From: Schizochytrium sp. TIO01
Taxonomy: Eukaryota > Protista > Bigyra: Labyrinthulomycetes
Direction of reading: 5' to 3'
NCBI GenBank assembly: GCA_004764695.1
Contig: SMSO01000034.1
Location: 1,302,001 to 1,366,000, forward strand
Length of the DNA: 64,000 nucleotides
Part shown: positions 1 to 10,895 of the stretch, one piece after another
Position numbering within the stretch: the stretch's first letter is position 1
Layout: the number at the start of each line of letters is the position of its first letter
The notes under the pieces: generated by a model
Seen by the model: the letters and a program-made list of their open reading frames with translations, nothing else
Told to the model about the DNA's origin: nothing
Database searches by the model: none
Program-made: the position numbers and the translations under genes

Positions 1-546
1 CTTTGCAGTTTTGCAGACGCGAGGGGCCGAGGAAAAGCCAACGGAGAAGTGAATGGCAGCTCTGCAAAGTGGAAATTCCTCTCTCTACTCCGGAGTTCCC
101 ACAGGCTAATGGAGAAATGATCGATACAGATATTGCACCACGAAAAAGTCCAAACAAACTCCACAATGAATGTATGATTAATAACCCAAAATAAATCACC
201 AGAGGAACAAGAAACTGAAAGAAGGGCCATGCGGCGAGCATGCTTATTTTCTACTTTATTTCCTGAGTATAACAAGGGAACTTAGATATTACAAGAAATA
301 TAGCTCTCAAGCAAGTGACCTGCAGCAGTCTGCGAGGGCAATCCGTGTTAACGACCATCACTGAATTCAATATTGCCTTAAACTGAAGTAGTTACTTTAA
401 ACTTGCTATCAGCGGGACATCGCCAAAGCAGTGATGTTCAATTTACAGACTGGAAGTACCAGAATCAAAAGCGTGACTTCAACAAGCCAAATTCAGTACT
501 GCACAAACAGGATTGATCTGGGTTTTGCCCCTTAGTGTAACTGCAA

Positions 547-1150
547 GTAGAGGGGCTCCCAGATGTTGGGCGACACTGTGATTGCATACTAATTCACTTC
601 TGGCAGGAGCTGTACGGCAAACTATGTCCTTGGTTTCACGGGAGGAAATAGATATTGGTGTTGATGCATTTTTCATCGCTTCCAACGTTACAAAAAAGAC
701 GAAACTGAGCATTGAGCTGAGTGCTTTGCATTTTGGCCTCTCATGGCTGCGCAGGTATCCGGGGTTTTGTTTTAGGTATGGAGTGAATCTCAAAGATTGC
801 TTGAAAGGATCTTCATGATGAGGATTAATCTCAGTCTTTGCATTTACGAAGTGTTCATCGCCTCCATCTCCCTGGATGGGACTATGCATGCCTAAGAAAG
901 ACAACAATACTGCAAACTTACTACCTTGAGCATCTGTAAGCCTCGCAAAATTGTCTTGATCTTCCTCGTAAACCAGAAGAGAGGCCAGAAAAGACTAATT
1001 TACGAAAAAGATCATGGAATACAGAATTAAGAAGTCGAGGCAAGACAGGAACAGAGTGTATCTGTCAGCTCAAGCATGCGTAGTTTACTCAGCCCTGTTA
1101 AACTTCTTAAGCTGAAGACATCTTGATCTTCCTCTTAAATTGCTCCTACT
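547..1150 (+). pseudogene. Possible decayed F-box/LRR gene relic
   Basis: Across about 3 frameshifts reads VEGLPDV/LGDTVIAY/LIHFWQELY/TMSLVSR (547-641, F-box-like), then LRR-like YLEHL*ASQNCLDLP (~922-965) and KLLKLKT/LDL (~1100-1130). By-eye reconstruction only. Confidence 0.3.
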
Positions 1151-1928
1151 TACAGAGTAAAGGCAAGTTAGATGGTGCACGCAACCTTTGCATTCGTTTG
1201 CTGCCTCAATAGGTCTTCCCATTTCTTCAAGGTTTTAAACTGCCTAAAAGAGATGTAACGAATGCAGCAGTCCAATTTTCTAGCCATTTTAAAGTTTCTG
1301 TTGCCTGGAGCCAGAAGAGTTTACTTGAATGATATTTATAAAAAAACAAAAAGAACTTTAGTTGCTCTTTTTTGTTAATAGAAAAAAAAAAAAAGAATAA
1401 TTATACACAATAAATTGAGATTAGCTTTCTGAGGGTCTAGACGCGAGCTCATGCTCTCCTATCGATGCGTCTACTCTTAAGCAAAACATAGGGCAATTCA
1501 AAGCATAGATGACACTCAGCTTTTACTTCCTTCTACCGCTAGGTACCTTTACCTTCCTATCCACGCACTCAATTTCTTCTTATGTAGCAGGCAGTACACG
1601 TCATCAAAGAGACCCTCAGTTTGCTTAAAAGTTCGCACTGTTGATTAATACTTTTAATTCATTCATTCATCCAACATTGCTATTTCTACTTTTACTGTAT
1701 AATTATAATTAAAAGCGTTATTGTGCAAACCCACCCTTTTATCAGCTATTCTCGTTATTGTAATTTACAAAAATGGCATAAAAGTATCAATCAAGTAAAC
1801 AAGTGCGCTAAAGCAATACACAAACGCAATGAACGAAAAGTACGATGTGCGAATTAAAAGTTAATTAACTGCTCCTACCATAGAAAAGAAACATCGTAAT
1901 GAAAGAAAAGGGTGAATGAATCAACGTC

Positions 1929-1952
1929 GAAGAAGAAGAAGAAGAAGAAGAA
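1929..1952. repeat. (GAA)8 microsatellite
   Basis: Directly visible. Confidence 0.95.
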
Positions 1953-2281
1953 GTCAGTCAATTGTGCGCAGCAATGGGTGACGATGACAATGGATGGACG
2001 ATGCCCGCCCACAAACGAACAAGCGAATAAACACAGAAAGAAGTACAGAGAGAGTCACAGACAGAAGAAAGAGATGCGATCTGACCTCGGCCAACTCCGA
2101 CTGCCCGAGATCGCTTACTTATTTATTGAACTGGCGTAGAGCGCCTTTGCGCCATTCGTACCTGAAGCATAGAGTTGTCTCTAACGAGACTGCGACAGCT
2201 CCGACTTTGACTCTCTTTCGTTGACTTCTTTGATTGAGGCTTTCTTTTCACTTTCTCTTAGTTTTCAGCAGAAACGTGTTG

Positions 2282-2337
2282 GAGCAATTTAGAGCAATTT
2301 AGAGCAATTTTGTAGAGCAATTTTGTAGAGCAATTTT
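2282..2337. repeat. Five tandem copies of AGAGCAATTT(TGT) upstream of the SGNH gene
   Basis: gagcaattt agagcaattt agagcaattttgt agagcaattttgt agagcaatttt, about 370-420 bp upstream of ATG 2705. Confidence 0.9.
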
Positions 2338-2704
2338 CGACTCTTTTCGACAATAACGCTTGGACGTCTGTGACTACAGCAGCCAGGCAGCAGACACCGA
2401 TACCAACCAGGCGCTGGTCGCCAGCCGGAGGGAGGGAGGGACCAGCGGGCCAACGGCGAGCTAGCCTGGCTGGCTGTGGCAACGTCCGTCGGCGGAGCGA
2501 AAGCAAGGCGAGGACGTCGAAGAAGGCGGTTAATTGTGGCGAAATCAAAGCCAGACCCTGGTCAAAACCACGTTGACTTTGCACCAAGAACGGCTTGTAG
2601 AGGCCGCAAAGGGTGCGGGGAAGGCCTTTGAGAGGTCTTTGGGTGATATATAATCTTTTGACATTCCACGTCGCGCTTGCTGAGCCTTGAGCTAGTTGTG
2701 CACA

Positions 2705-4600
2705 ATGGACCTCGAGGATGACGAGCGCGCCCCCATGACGTTGGGCAGCGAAGACCACCGGCACAAGGCCGAACAAAGGGCTAATCTATATGTTGAGGCG
2801 AGAGACATTCAAGACAGCCCAAGAAACACGTGCTCATGGCAAATGTGCTGCTTGATTATATTGCTTACTCTCATAGTCTTCCTCTTAGGCGCTCTTGTTG
2901 GCGAAAACATTCCGAAGGTCGTGACAAATTCGAACTTGAGCCCAGTCGATACCGACCCAAAAGAAGGAAATTCACAATCTGGACATGTTAGAACATCTAC
3001 CAAAGCTCCTACGAAGAGCCCCACGAAGAGCCCCACAAAGAGTGCACAGCTCAAGGTGTCTGATGAACAATTAACTGCGATGGCAACAGCATCCCGGAAG
3101 ATCATCAAAGACCTGGAGCAGTACTACGGCGAGTACAAGAACATGCTCGTGGATGGATGGAACCTGAAATCTGGAGCTTCGGATAGAGATGAAGCCAAAA
3201 TGGTTGCACAGGTAGACAGTGCGGTCGTGCGTAAAATCGCGGAGGCACTGGTAGACCCAGAGCAGAAGACTTTCGTGGTGAGCGCAATTGGAAGCTCAGT
3301 GGCAGCCGGCCATGATAATTGCATGTTTGATAGCTATGAATCGCAAATGGAGCGTCTGTGGAGCCCAGCATGGGAAGCAGCAGGCATGAAACTTGAAGTA
3401 CGCAATGCAGGCCAGGGAGGAGGCTGTGGCGACACGTACAAGAACCAGGTGTGGTGCCTCAAGCAGACCGCAGGGCAGGACTCAGACATCGTTCATTACA
3501 CGTGGACGTACTTTGAAAACCCTAAGGATAGGTATGAGTACCATGAGGTATTTGTTCGTAATGCTTTACTCCTCGATAAGCATCCTGTTCCTCAGATCTG
3601 GAACACCGGCACTGGCCCTTGCTACGGTGACTCGCCTCTACTCAAGGAGTACTCCAAGTACGGATTTAACTACTTATGTCTTGAGCAGGCTCTCTCCTCA
3701 GGTGGAAAATACGGTGGTCGGAAGTGGGGTCAAGTTGGGGACCAGTATCACAATACTACACGTTACGGAGAAGATGAGGATGATGAAAGCCGCCGTGACT
3801 CTCTTGGTGTGGTATTCCGTAATTGGCACCCTGGTCCCCTTGGCTTTCAGATGGTATCTGATGCGTTTGTTTATTCCTACGCACGAGCGACCTTGGATGC
3901 TGTTGCCCAAATAAAACAACTGCTCTCTAACGGTGGAAACCCCGTCAAAAGCTTTTCGCGCCAAACTTGGATCCGTTCTGACTTGCCAGCACTGCAGCAT
4001 TGTGTAAAGGATTTCTGCCCTATGGATGAGCCCTCCGAATGTCTGAACCTTGAGGAACCTGTTTTTGGCTATCATGGAGCTAGTCTTGCGTCAACTTCAG
4101 ATGATCTCAACCCTTATGCTTCGAGCTCACAAAAATGGACCAAGTTTCGTTACGATAAAGGCCCGAACGAAATGGTCAACAAAAATGAGGTGAGATACAT
4201 GGAGAGCCACCCAGACCTCAAGTGTGAATTCGCTGATCATTGTGCAGGCTTTCATGGCAGCGCAGGAAATGGAAACCTCGTTTTCCGTTTGCCAAAGATG
4301 ACCATGGGTGTTCTCTCAGTGTGTTTTTGCTGTTCGAAAACCACGGCGATGGACTTTCTCGAAAATGAGTATGCAGATTTTGTGGACTTTGAGATTGACA
4401 ACTCCATTACATTAGACAAAACCAAGTTCTTTGCTGGAAATGGCTTTGGTGAGAAATGCCTCACTGTCATGAATGGATGGCCTGAAAACATGTCCAATGG
4501 AGCTGGACATCTGTACTTTGCTATCAAAATTCGTGATGATATTCCCGAGGACGCGCGCGCCAAGTTTGAACTAAAGCTTGATCACATCATTACCCTGTAA
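2705..4600 (+). CDS. Type II membrane protein with PT-repeat stalk and SGNH/GDSL-hydrolase-like domain
   Basis: First ATG is 2705 (the ORF track starts at TTG 2696). One TM (CCLIILLTLIVFLLGALVG), TKAPTKSPTKSPTKS stalk, SGNH block I VSAIGSSVAAG, block II RNAGQGGG, block V-like NWHPGPLGF, and a Cys-rich C-terminal domain. Confidence 0.75.
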   Translation: MDLEDDERAPMTLGSEDHRHKAEQRANLYVEARDIQDSPRNTCSWQMCCLIILLTLIVFLLGALVGENIPKVVTNSNLSPVDTDPKEGNSQSGHVRTSTKAPTKSPTKSPTKSAQLKVSDEQLTAMATASRKIIKDLEQYYGEYKNMLVDGWNLKSGASDRDEAKMVAQVDSAVVRKIAEALVDPEQKTFVVSAIGSSVAAGHDNCMFDSYESQMERLWSPAWEAAGMKLEVRNAGQGGGCGDTYKNQVWCLKQTAGQDSDIVHYTWTYFENPKDRYEYHEVFVRNALLLDKHPVPQIWNTGTGPCYGDSPLLKEYSKYGFNYLCLEQALSSGGKYGGRKWGQVGDQYHNTTRYGEDEDDESRRDSLGVVFRNWHPGPLGFQMVSDAFVYSYARATLDAVAQIKQLLSNGGNPVKSFSRQTWIRSDLPALQHCVKDFCPMDEPSECLNLEEPVFGYHGASLASTSDDLNPYASSSQKWTKFRYDKGPNEMVNKNEVRYMESHPDLKCEFADHCAGFHGSAGNGNLVFRLPKMTMGVLSVCFCCSKTTAMDFLENEYADFVDFEIDNSITLDKTKFFAGNGFGEKCLTVMNGWPENMSNGAGHLYFAIKIRDDIPEDARAKFELKLDHIITL

Positions 4601-4768
4601 AAGATCTTTCCATTAAAGTATTAGAAAACGAAGAAAATTCAAAGAAAATTTATGTAGTTCCCGATTATGATTAATTTTCCCTTGAGAAGTATAAAGGAGT
4701 GATGAACTTCACACACTCCTGTTTATCTTCAATATACTATTAGAATAATAATATGTAAGTATTGTGAA

Positions 4769-4895
4769 TATCTAACTATTCTAAGCGAAGATATGAATCA
4801 CGAGGAGGTTTTTGAAATGCGAAAACATGTCCTAAAGATTTTCAAAAGGTCATTTATTGATACATGGTATAGAGGAATATTCTTGCAAAAGTTTA
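4769..4895 (+). pseudogene. Weak F-box-like relic
   Basis: YLTILSEDMNHEEVFEMRKHVLKIFKRSFIDTWY resembles F-box helices 2-3 ending in W. No start codon context. Confidence 0.2.
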
Positions 4896-5204
4896 CATAA
4901 GGTATTTACCACCCTCAAATCAAAATGAATTCACGTCACCTGCGAAGGAAAAAAAACAGTTGAACATATTCAAAAACGAGAGGACCATGAAACACTAACG
5001 TGTCAACGATTGATTATTCCGTATTATATCAATGTAAGATCAAGTATTCACTCATTTTGACAAGAAGTCGAATTGAAATGATTTACAAAAACAAATCACT
5101 CAACACATTGTGCTAAAATCAAAAGGCATTTTCCAAATCAGTGTAAGACAAAAGACAGGGCTGAGGGGGACTGCAGCCCACAGTAATTTACAAGAGCTCT
5201 TAAT

Positions 5205-7337
5205 TTATGACGATTCGGTTGGGGTAGTTGTTGCGTTAATACAAGCAAAGTAATCTTCTAAAAGCTCTTTGCCAACCTTGGAAGCGGGTCCATCCATGAA
5301 GCGGATGCTAGTAGGCATAGACTCACTAGAAATCAAATTTTTACCACGTGGGAGGTAGAAAAAACCATTATCGCCCCATGTCTCACCCCACGAGTTTTGA
5401 ATACGCCACACTGGAACCTTTTCACCATCAATGTGCAAAACATCATACCCAACTAAAAGTACTGCATGGTTTGTCTTTTGCCAAAATGAGTGGGCTGATC
5501 TCAAGGTTTCACTCGAGACGTTCCAAAGGGGTGTAAATACTCCACTTTCGTACACCTGCAATTCAGCTGGTGCTTTGATTGCGATTCCCACAGGTCCATT
5601 AGCAATGAGATCAATCATAATTGCGGCCATATCTCCGTTGTAACCATAGTGACCGTCTGCGTAGGAAAAGTCTTGTGCATAATACCTTGTACAGTTTGAC
5701 TCTAGATTACAAGTTTGATTGATCTCCATAAAAGGGTCGCACGAGGTATCCAACCAGCCTACGGCATAACCATGGAAGGCTGCAAGCAGAGGATAACCAC
5801 CCATGCATCCTTGATTGACGTACGAGCAATCTAAAATGCTTTGGGGTGAAAGAGTTATGTTGAGAATGTTAGGAATGCTCTGTGGAGCATTTCGGCATTC
5901 CTCACTTGGGTGATTGGCGATACGAAGGCGTGCGGTTGCGGAATGAGTTGCTGCCATTGCGTAGCAGGAGCCACAGGAACCTTGATCTACGGCCGCGTCA
6001 ACAATGCCAGGACATTTAGTAACGTTTACATCTGTCCAGTCAAAACGCGCAGGTAAGTGCTTCACTGCGCATGTTGTACTAAGCAGATCCATGTCGATTT
6101 CTGCTGCTGATTCGGCGACTTGAAATTCCAATGTATTTTCAATGACGCTATTGGCGAGACGAGCACGGTCGAGGGAGTTCACTTCATCTTCGAGGACTGA
6201 CCTTAGCTGTGACCGACTATCTAACTGCACTTGGAGATTATCACCCGTTCGCATTGCAATAAATTCTTCCTCATATCCGGCTAAAATTGAAGGGCTCTTT
6301 ACACCCATACGAAGCAACGCAGTTCTGTATGATTGTTGAGTAAAAACAGATGCCGCAGTGCTGCTAGCTTGCCATCCAAGGTTCATGTCATTGATTTGTT
6401 CTACAAAGGAGTCGCTAATGATAACCTCCGAGTCAAGGAACTCTGAGAAGGATGTCCTCGCGCGATCTGCCTGCCGAGCGCGCACACGCATACGCGAACG
6501 CATGCCATTACTTTCACCTTCTTGAATTTGCAGCAACGATACAAATTCTAACTCTTCTAATTCATCGTGATCAGTAGGGCTCACAACCTGGTTTGCATCC
6601 TCGGTTCTGAAGCGAGTGCGCATTTCTGATGAGTGTGGTAGCAAAGATATGTCTTTACGGGCTACAAAGCAACCTCTATAATATTTTTTGTTTTGAAGGA
6701 CTTGATCGCCGCGTGTTGAGTACACTCCCGTAATTGTATCACTGCAAATAGAGTTGTATGCGGTAAGTAAGCCGAGATCAGGGTAGAACATCGAGTTTGT
6801 ATCTCGCAATTCATACTTAAAAAATCCAGCAAACTTTACTGTAACGTTCTCCAAAGACGCAGATATGAGGAATCCTTCATCATAGATGAGTGTAAAGTTG
6901 ATGTCTTGGCATACTTGGTTTGAGCTAGAGCAAATTTGGTCCGCACCAGCGCAAAGTTGAGCTCCAGTGCCATTTGCATGTGGGATGCACATTGTGTATT
7001 GCTCCACAGCAATCAGACTCTGCTCATCTGCGTCGAGGCGGTCGTACCACCACCAGTCATAATTATCATTCGAGTCAAGGCTTTCTTTAAAATCGTCAGG
7101 GCGCTCGTGGCCACAGACCTGTGAATCATTGTGCAAATCGACGGGTCCTGGCATAGTAATCTTCAGCTGCCAAGAACCAAGAAACTCGTCGCCAAGGCAG
7201 TGAACAGGGAGATCGCCTTTAGTCTCCATGCATAGTGTTAGGATTATTAGCGCCCAGATACTCAACGTCGCAAAGTGCGCATAACTGCGCTTCCCGGGAC
7301 GACGCATGGAGGGGCCCTCGGCGTTCATTGTTGCCAT
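5205..7337 (-). CDS. CTSC: Cathepsin C / dipeptidyl peptidase I (papain family C1A)
   Basis: Signal/anchor followed by exclusion-domain start DLPVHC and FTLIYDEGF. Catalytic motifs DQGSCGSCYA (Cys), TNHAVLLVGY (His), QNSWG (Asn), plus SPQSILDCS..NQGCMGGYP. Confidence 0.92.
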   Translation of the reverse strand: MATMNAEGPSMRRPGKRSYAHFATLSIWALIILTLCMETKGDLPVHCLGDEFLGSWQLKITMPGPVDLHNDSQVCGHERPDDFKESLDSNDNYDWWWYDRLDADEQSLIAVEQYTMCIPHANGTGAQLCAGADQICSSSNQVCQDINFTLIYDEGFLISASLENVTVKFAGFFKYELRDTNSMFYPDLGLLTAYNSICSDTITGVYSTRGDQVLQNKKYYRGCFVARKDISLLPHSSEMRTRFRTEDANQVVSPTDHDELEELEFVSLLQIQEGESNGMRSRMRVRARQADRARTSFSEFLDSEVIISDSFVEQINDMNLGWQASSTAASVFTQQSYRTALLRMGVKSPSILAGYEEEFIAMRTGDNLQVQLDSRSQLRSVLEDEVNSLDRARLANSVIENTLEFQVAESAAEIDMDLLSTTCAVKHLPARFDWTDVNVTKCPGIVDAAVDQGSCGSCYAMAATHSATARLRIANHPSEECRNAPQSIPNILNITLSPQSILDCSYVNQGCMGGYPLLAAFHGYAVGWLDTSCDPFMEINQTCNLESNCTRYYAQDFSYADGHYGYNGDMAAIMIDLIANGPVGIAIKAPAELQVYESGVFTPLWNVSSETLRSAHSFWQKTNHAVLLVGYDVLHIDGEKVPVWRIQNSWGETWGDNGFFYLPRGKNLISSESMPTSIRFMDGPASKVGKELLEDYFACINATTTPTESS

Positions 7338-7649
7338 CTCCCCATCCAGCTCCGGCCTTCATCCCTCCGATAGAAGAAGCCTCCCGGCCAAGCCCGAGGA
7401 GAGGGTAGTGCAAGGAAGAACAGCGGCTGCTTCTGCAAAGGCAGCCGCCCGCGTCCGACGAGCAAAGGCTCTGGACGCTCCGCGGGCAGGGCGCGACCAA
7501 GAAGGGACTTTGATTGCCGACATCTCAATAAATGAACAAGCACTCAGAAGGGTCATTTCTTTCCCAATTCTGAGTGTCCTTAGGAGTCATCTATCTCTGT
7601 GTAGGCCAAGATACGTCAGTCATCAGTCAAAGTTCTCTTCTTCAAGTTT

Positions 7650-8200
7650 CTTCAAGTTCAGGACCATCGATGAGGTTTGCTACAACGCCCTTATTCCTTG
7701 GAGAGCCGCAGTCAAATGCTGAGGAAATCAGCTTCTCGTGCACAATCCGGGGCAGGAGCTAGGCCCATGGGCACCTCGTTGAGGGAATGAAAGAAACTCG
7801 ATCGGAACCTTGAGAAATGAAACTAGGAGCGACATGAATAACCTGAGTTGGCTCTTTACTCGGTTCTGTTCGCGCTTTTGTTGCCTCATAATTCAACGAT
7901 TGCGATGCACAATCTGATGCAGAACTTGAAAGGTGTCCGTGTTAGAGCGATTTACGATTTACAATTGGCGGCGAAAACGATTTTGAGGGATGCGCTGTGT
8001 TTGAGGGATCCCTGGACTCGTGTTTGCAGGACTCCAATTGGAGAAGACAATCGACGAGCGAGGTTATGGGATCTACTCGCGTGCCGCAGTTCGATCTCTG
8101 CGGAGGTTGGTGTTCTGAGATAACGAACGCAATGGCAGAGTGGGAACATTGTACTTTGCAGCAGTCTGCTGAGAAATAGGACACTCGAGCTGTGCTGAAG
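7650..8200 (+). pseudogene. Decayed DEDDy 3'-5' exonuclease (RNase D/EXD1/Egalitarian-like)
   Basis: Motifs in the correct order across frameshifts: GQELG/HGHL (ExoI-adjacent EG.xLG..G.L), DAQSDAEL (ExoII), GVRVRAIYDLQLAA (7932-7973), SLDSCL, and WEHCTLQQSAEK*DTRAV (8141-8194). The last matches W..RPL......YAA.DV, and each deviation is a single-base change. Confidence 0.6.
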
Positions 8201-8681
8201 TCTGGTCCTACGAAAGGGATAACGCAGATCAAGCATTGAAGAAGAACACAGCCAGAGCTTGCAGGGATCAAGACCGTATGGCATCTGGCATGCTTGCGAA
8301 CCTGTGGCCACGTGCAGGTCTCGTCTATACTTTCGACCTAGCAAAATGGCAAGTTATTATTATTAATTGTCGTTAATTAAAACATTTGTACCCTTTTTAT
8401 AACAAATTCTATCAAAAGGCGCTTGAGCTCGCCGAATGTTGTGCTCGAGCAAGCTATCGTAGTGCTGTTTGGCATTTTGATCCTCTGTATGTTCTGCGAT
8501 TTGCGCTCTTTGGAAACAGAATCGGCACATAGCTTTTCTTAGATTTTGAGAGCGACAGAGGTGAATGAGGTGAATGTCTTGTTGTATATACTAAGAATGC
8601 TTAATGTAACGGCTATAAGAAAGATGATCAAATCAATTGCACTGCTTTGGTAGTCTTATGGGGCACGTGTAATTCATCAAC

Positions 8682-9488
8682 ATGGACGAAAGTTATGGAA
8701 GCCTAGAGTTCTGGGAGCGCGAGCATCGCCGCCGTGCGGAGCTCGGCCGTACTCCAGCGGACGAAGAATGGGAGCGAGCTGAGCAAGCAAATGTTGATAA
8801 ACCCCATGGTGGTGGGGCTGAAGAAGAGATCACACGACGGGTTCTTGCGCCAAAGAAACGCAAGGAAAGACGTGCCAAGGAGCGAGAATGGTATGGAGAG
8901 CCTGAAGAAATCATGGAGATCTTTGAAATGTTTTTTAAAGAAGATTCTGAAGCGGAGCCTATACTCCAGCTAGGTTGTGGTGTTTCAAAGTTGGCCGAAG
9001 CATTCTGGAGACGAGGGCGTACCAATTTGACATGTGTTGATCAGAGTAGTACAGCGATCGAACACGCAAAGGTACGTGACGCGAATTTACATGGCGTGCA
9101 ATATATGTGCATGGATTGTGAAGACTTGCGGGCGTTTCCAGATGCTTCATTTATGTATGTTGTTGATAAAGGTTTCCTAGACGCAGTTTTTGCTTCCTTA
9201 GGAGGAGTGCGTAAGGTTGGTCGTGTTTTGGAGGAGATTTCTCGTGTTCTTAAGCCTGGTGGCATGTATATTTTTATTTCTAATGCTCCGAGGCATTGTC
9301 GTTTTCCACACTTGATGCGCCCGCGGTTTGACTGGGCTGTGGACAGCGTAGGCGTGCCAATCGACCCCGGATATTCTGCATACGCTTGTCAGAAACGAAG
9401 CTTCCATTTGGAGTGGTTTTTTCCAGATCCGGGCGCCCTGCACTGCGCAAGACAAGCAGAGATACCATATCGATTGCCAATTCGTTGA
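8682..9488 (+). CDS. Class I SAM methyltransferase, EEF1AKMT4/ECE2-N/METTL13-N-like
   Basis: YGSLEFW, EWYG, ILQLGCGVS (motif I), MDCEDL..FPDASF..VVDKGFLDA, EISRVLKPGG. Confidence 0.85.
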   Translation: MDESYGSLEFWEREHRRRAELGRTPADEEWERAEQANVDKPHGGGAEEEITRRVLAPKKRKERRAKEREWYGEPEEIMEIFEMFFKEDSEAEPILQLGCGVSKLAEAFWRRGRTNLTCVDQSSTAIEHAKVRDANLHGVQYMCMDCEDLRAFPDASFMYVVDKGFLDAVFASLGGVRKVGRVLEEISRVLKPGGMYIFISNAPRHCRFPHLMRPRFDWAVDSVGVPIDPGYSAYACQKRSFHLEWFFPDPGALHCARQAEIPYRLPIR

Positions 9489-9731
9489 AGACAAGATACG
9501 ATTTGACACATCTCGAGAAGACAAGGTAATACACAATAATTCTCTTTTCTCTTTCTCTCGCTCAATTGAAAACATAAATACAATCTTCTATTTTGTCATG
9601 CATAAATGTTGGCCATAAGAAGCCGAGTCGTTCTAGGGCAAAACAAGCCAGGGGTTGCTTTCTTTGCTTTTCTGCCACTAAAGCCAGATGTGTCAGACAA
9701 TGTATCTTCATGGTAACGTAGTATGGCTTCT

Positions 9732-10895
9732 TTAGAAGTCCAAAGTAGGGCCACGTCCACGTCCGCGACCACGGCCTCCACGACCACCACGGCCTCCGCG
9801 ACCACCGCGACCACCACGGAAGCTGTCTTGCTGACGCAAACGGCGACCGTCGGTCTTGTTCCACTGGCGACCAGAAGCATCGCGAAAACTTCCCTTGGGG
9901 CGTCCGCCACCCTCAACATCAGCGTCCACAACGACTGCGCGCTCGCCTACATAGAGCGGGGTCTTCTGGTTCAAGACGGCTTTCACGGCATCGCTGGATG
10001 CGAAGTGAACGTATCCAAATCCCTTGCTGCGACCAGTGTGGTTCCAGCGTGCGAGACGAATGTTTTGAACCTTGCCAAATGAGAGAAACGACTCCTCAAT
10101 CATAGATTCGTCGGCATCGTACGGAAGGTTCTTCACAAAGAGTGTGGTGCAGTTTTCGGGCACTTCGTTCGAAGGACGTCCGAAAGCACCCGGCTGTTGC
10201 GAGGATTTAGCTTTGCTCTTGGCCTCAGTCACACGAAGGTAACGTTTTCCGAGCTCGTGACGGTCCAGCTTCTTAATGCACGCCTGCATTTCCTTCTCAG
10301 TACCGTAGTCGGCGTGACCGTAACCTCGGAGTCTGCCAGAATCATTCCATCGGGGCAGACGAAGGTCAATGAGAGTTCCCACGCTGGAGAAGAGCGTCCA
10401 GAGATCATCAGAGCTCGTTTCATACGGAATGCCCTCGATGTACACCGTGTAAACATCGAGGTCTCCCTCGCTTCCATCATCATCATCGTCATCATCGTCA
10501 TCGCTGCTCTCTTCCTTAGAGGAGGTCTGCTTCTTCGATGCCGGTTTAGCAGCTGAGACGTCATTTTCCTCTGCCTTGCGAGCACGTTTCACAGGCTTAG
10601 CATCCTCATCCTCACTGCTGCTTTCTTGGTCCTCTTCCTCGCTGCTGCTCTCCTGAGAGACCTTTTTCTTGTTCTTGGAAACCTTTTGTTTCTGGGTCAC
10701 CTCCTCGTCACTGCTAGAATCGTCACTGGAGTCAGATTCAGCTTGGGCGTTCTGAGTTTGCTTCTCCTCGCCGCTTTCGCTTTCGCTGTCGCTGTCACTA
10801 CTTTCGCTGTCGCTCTCCTCTTTGCGTGCCTTGGCTTCGTCGTCGAGGCGCTTCTTGGAGTCCTCCTGTCCAGATCTCTGACGTTTGCCCGCCAT
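9732..10895 (-). CDS. Nucleolin/Nsr1/Gar2-like RNA-binding protein
   Basis: ATG 10895 (MAGKRQRS). Acidic Ser-rich N-terminus, two RRMs (RNP2 VYIEGI and LFVKNL; RNP1 RGYGHADY and KGFGYVHF), C-terminal RGG tract. Confidence 0.88.
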   Translation of the reverse strand: MAGKRQRSGQEDSKKRLDDEAKARKEESDSESSDSDSESESGEEKQTQNAQAESDSSDDSSSDEEVTQKQKVSKNKKKVSQESSSEEEDQESSSEDEDAKPVKRARKAEENDVSAAKPASKKQTSSKEESSDDDDDDDDDGSEGDLDVYTVYIEGIPYETSSDDLWTLFSSVGTLIDLRLPRWNDSGRLRGYGHADYGTEKEMQACIKKLDRHELGKRYLRVTEAKSKAKSSQQPGAFGRPSNEVPENCTTLFVKNLPYDADESMIEESFLSFGKVQNIRLARWNHTGRSKGFGYVHFASSDAVKAVLNQKTPLYVGERAVVVDADVEGGGRPKGSFRDASGRQWNKTDGRRLRQQDSFRGGRGGRGGRGGRGGRGRGRGRGPTLDF

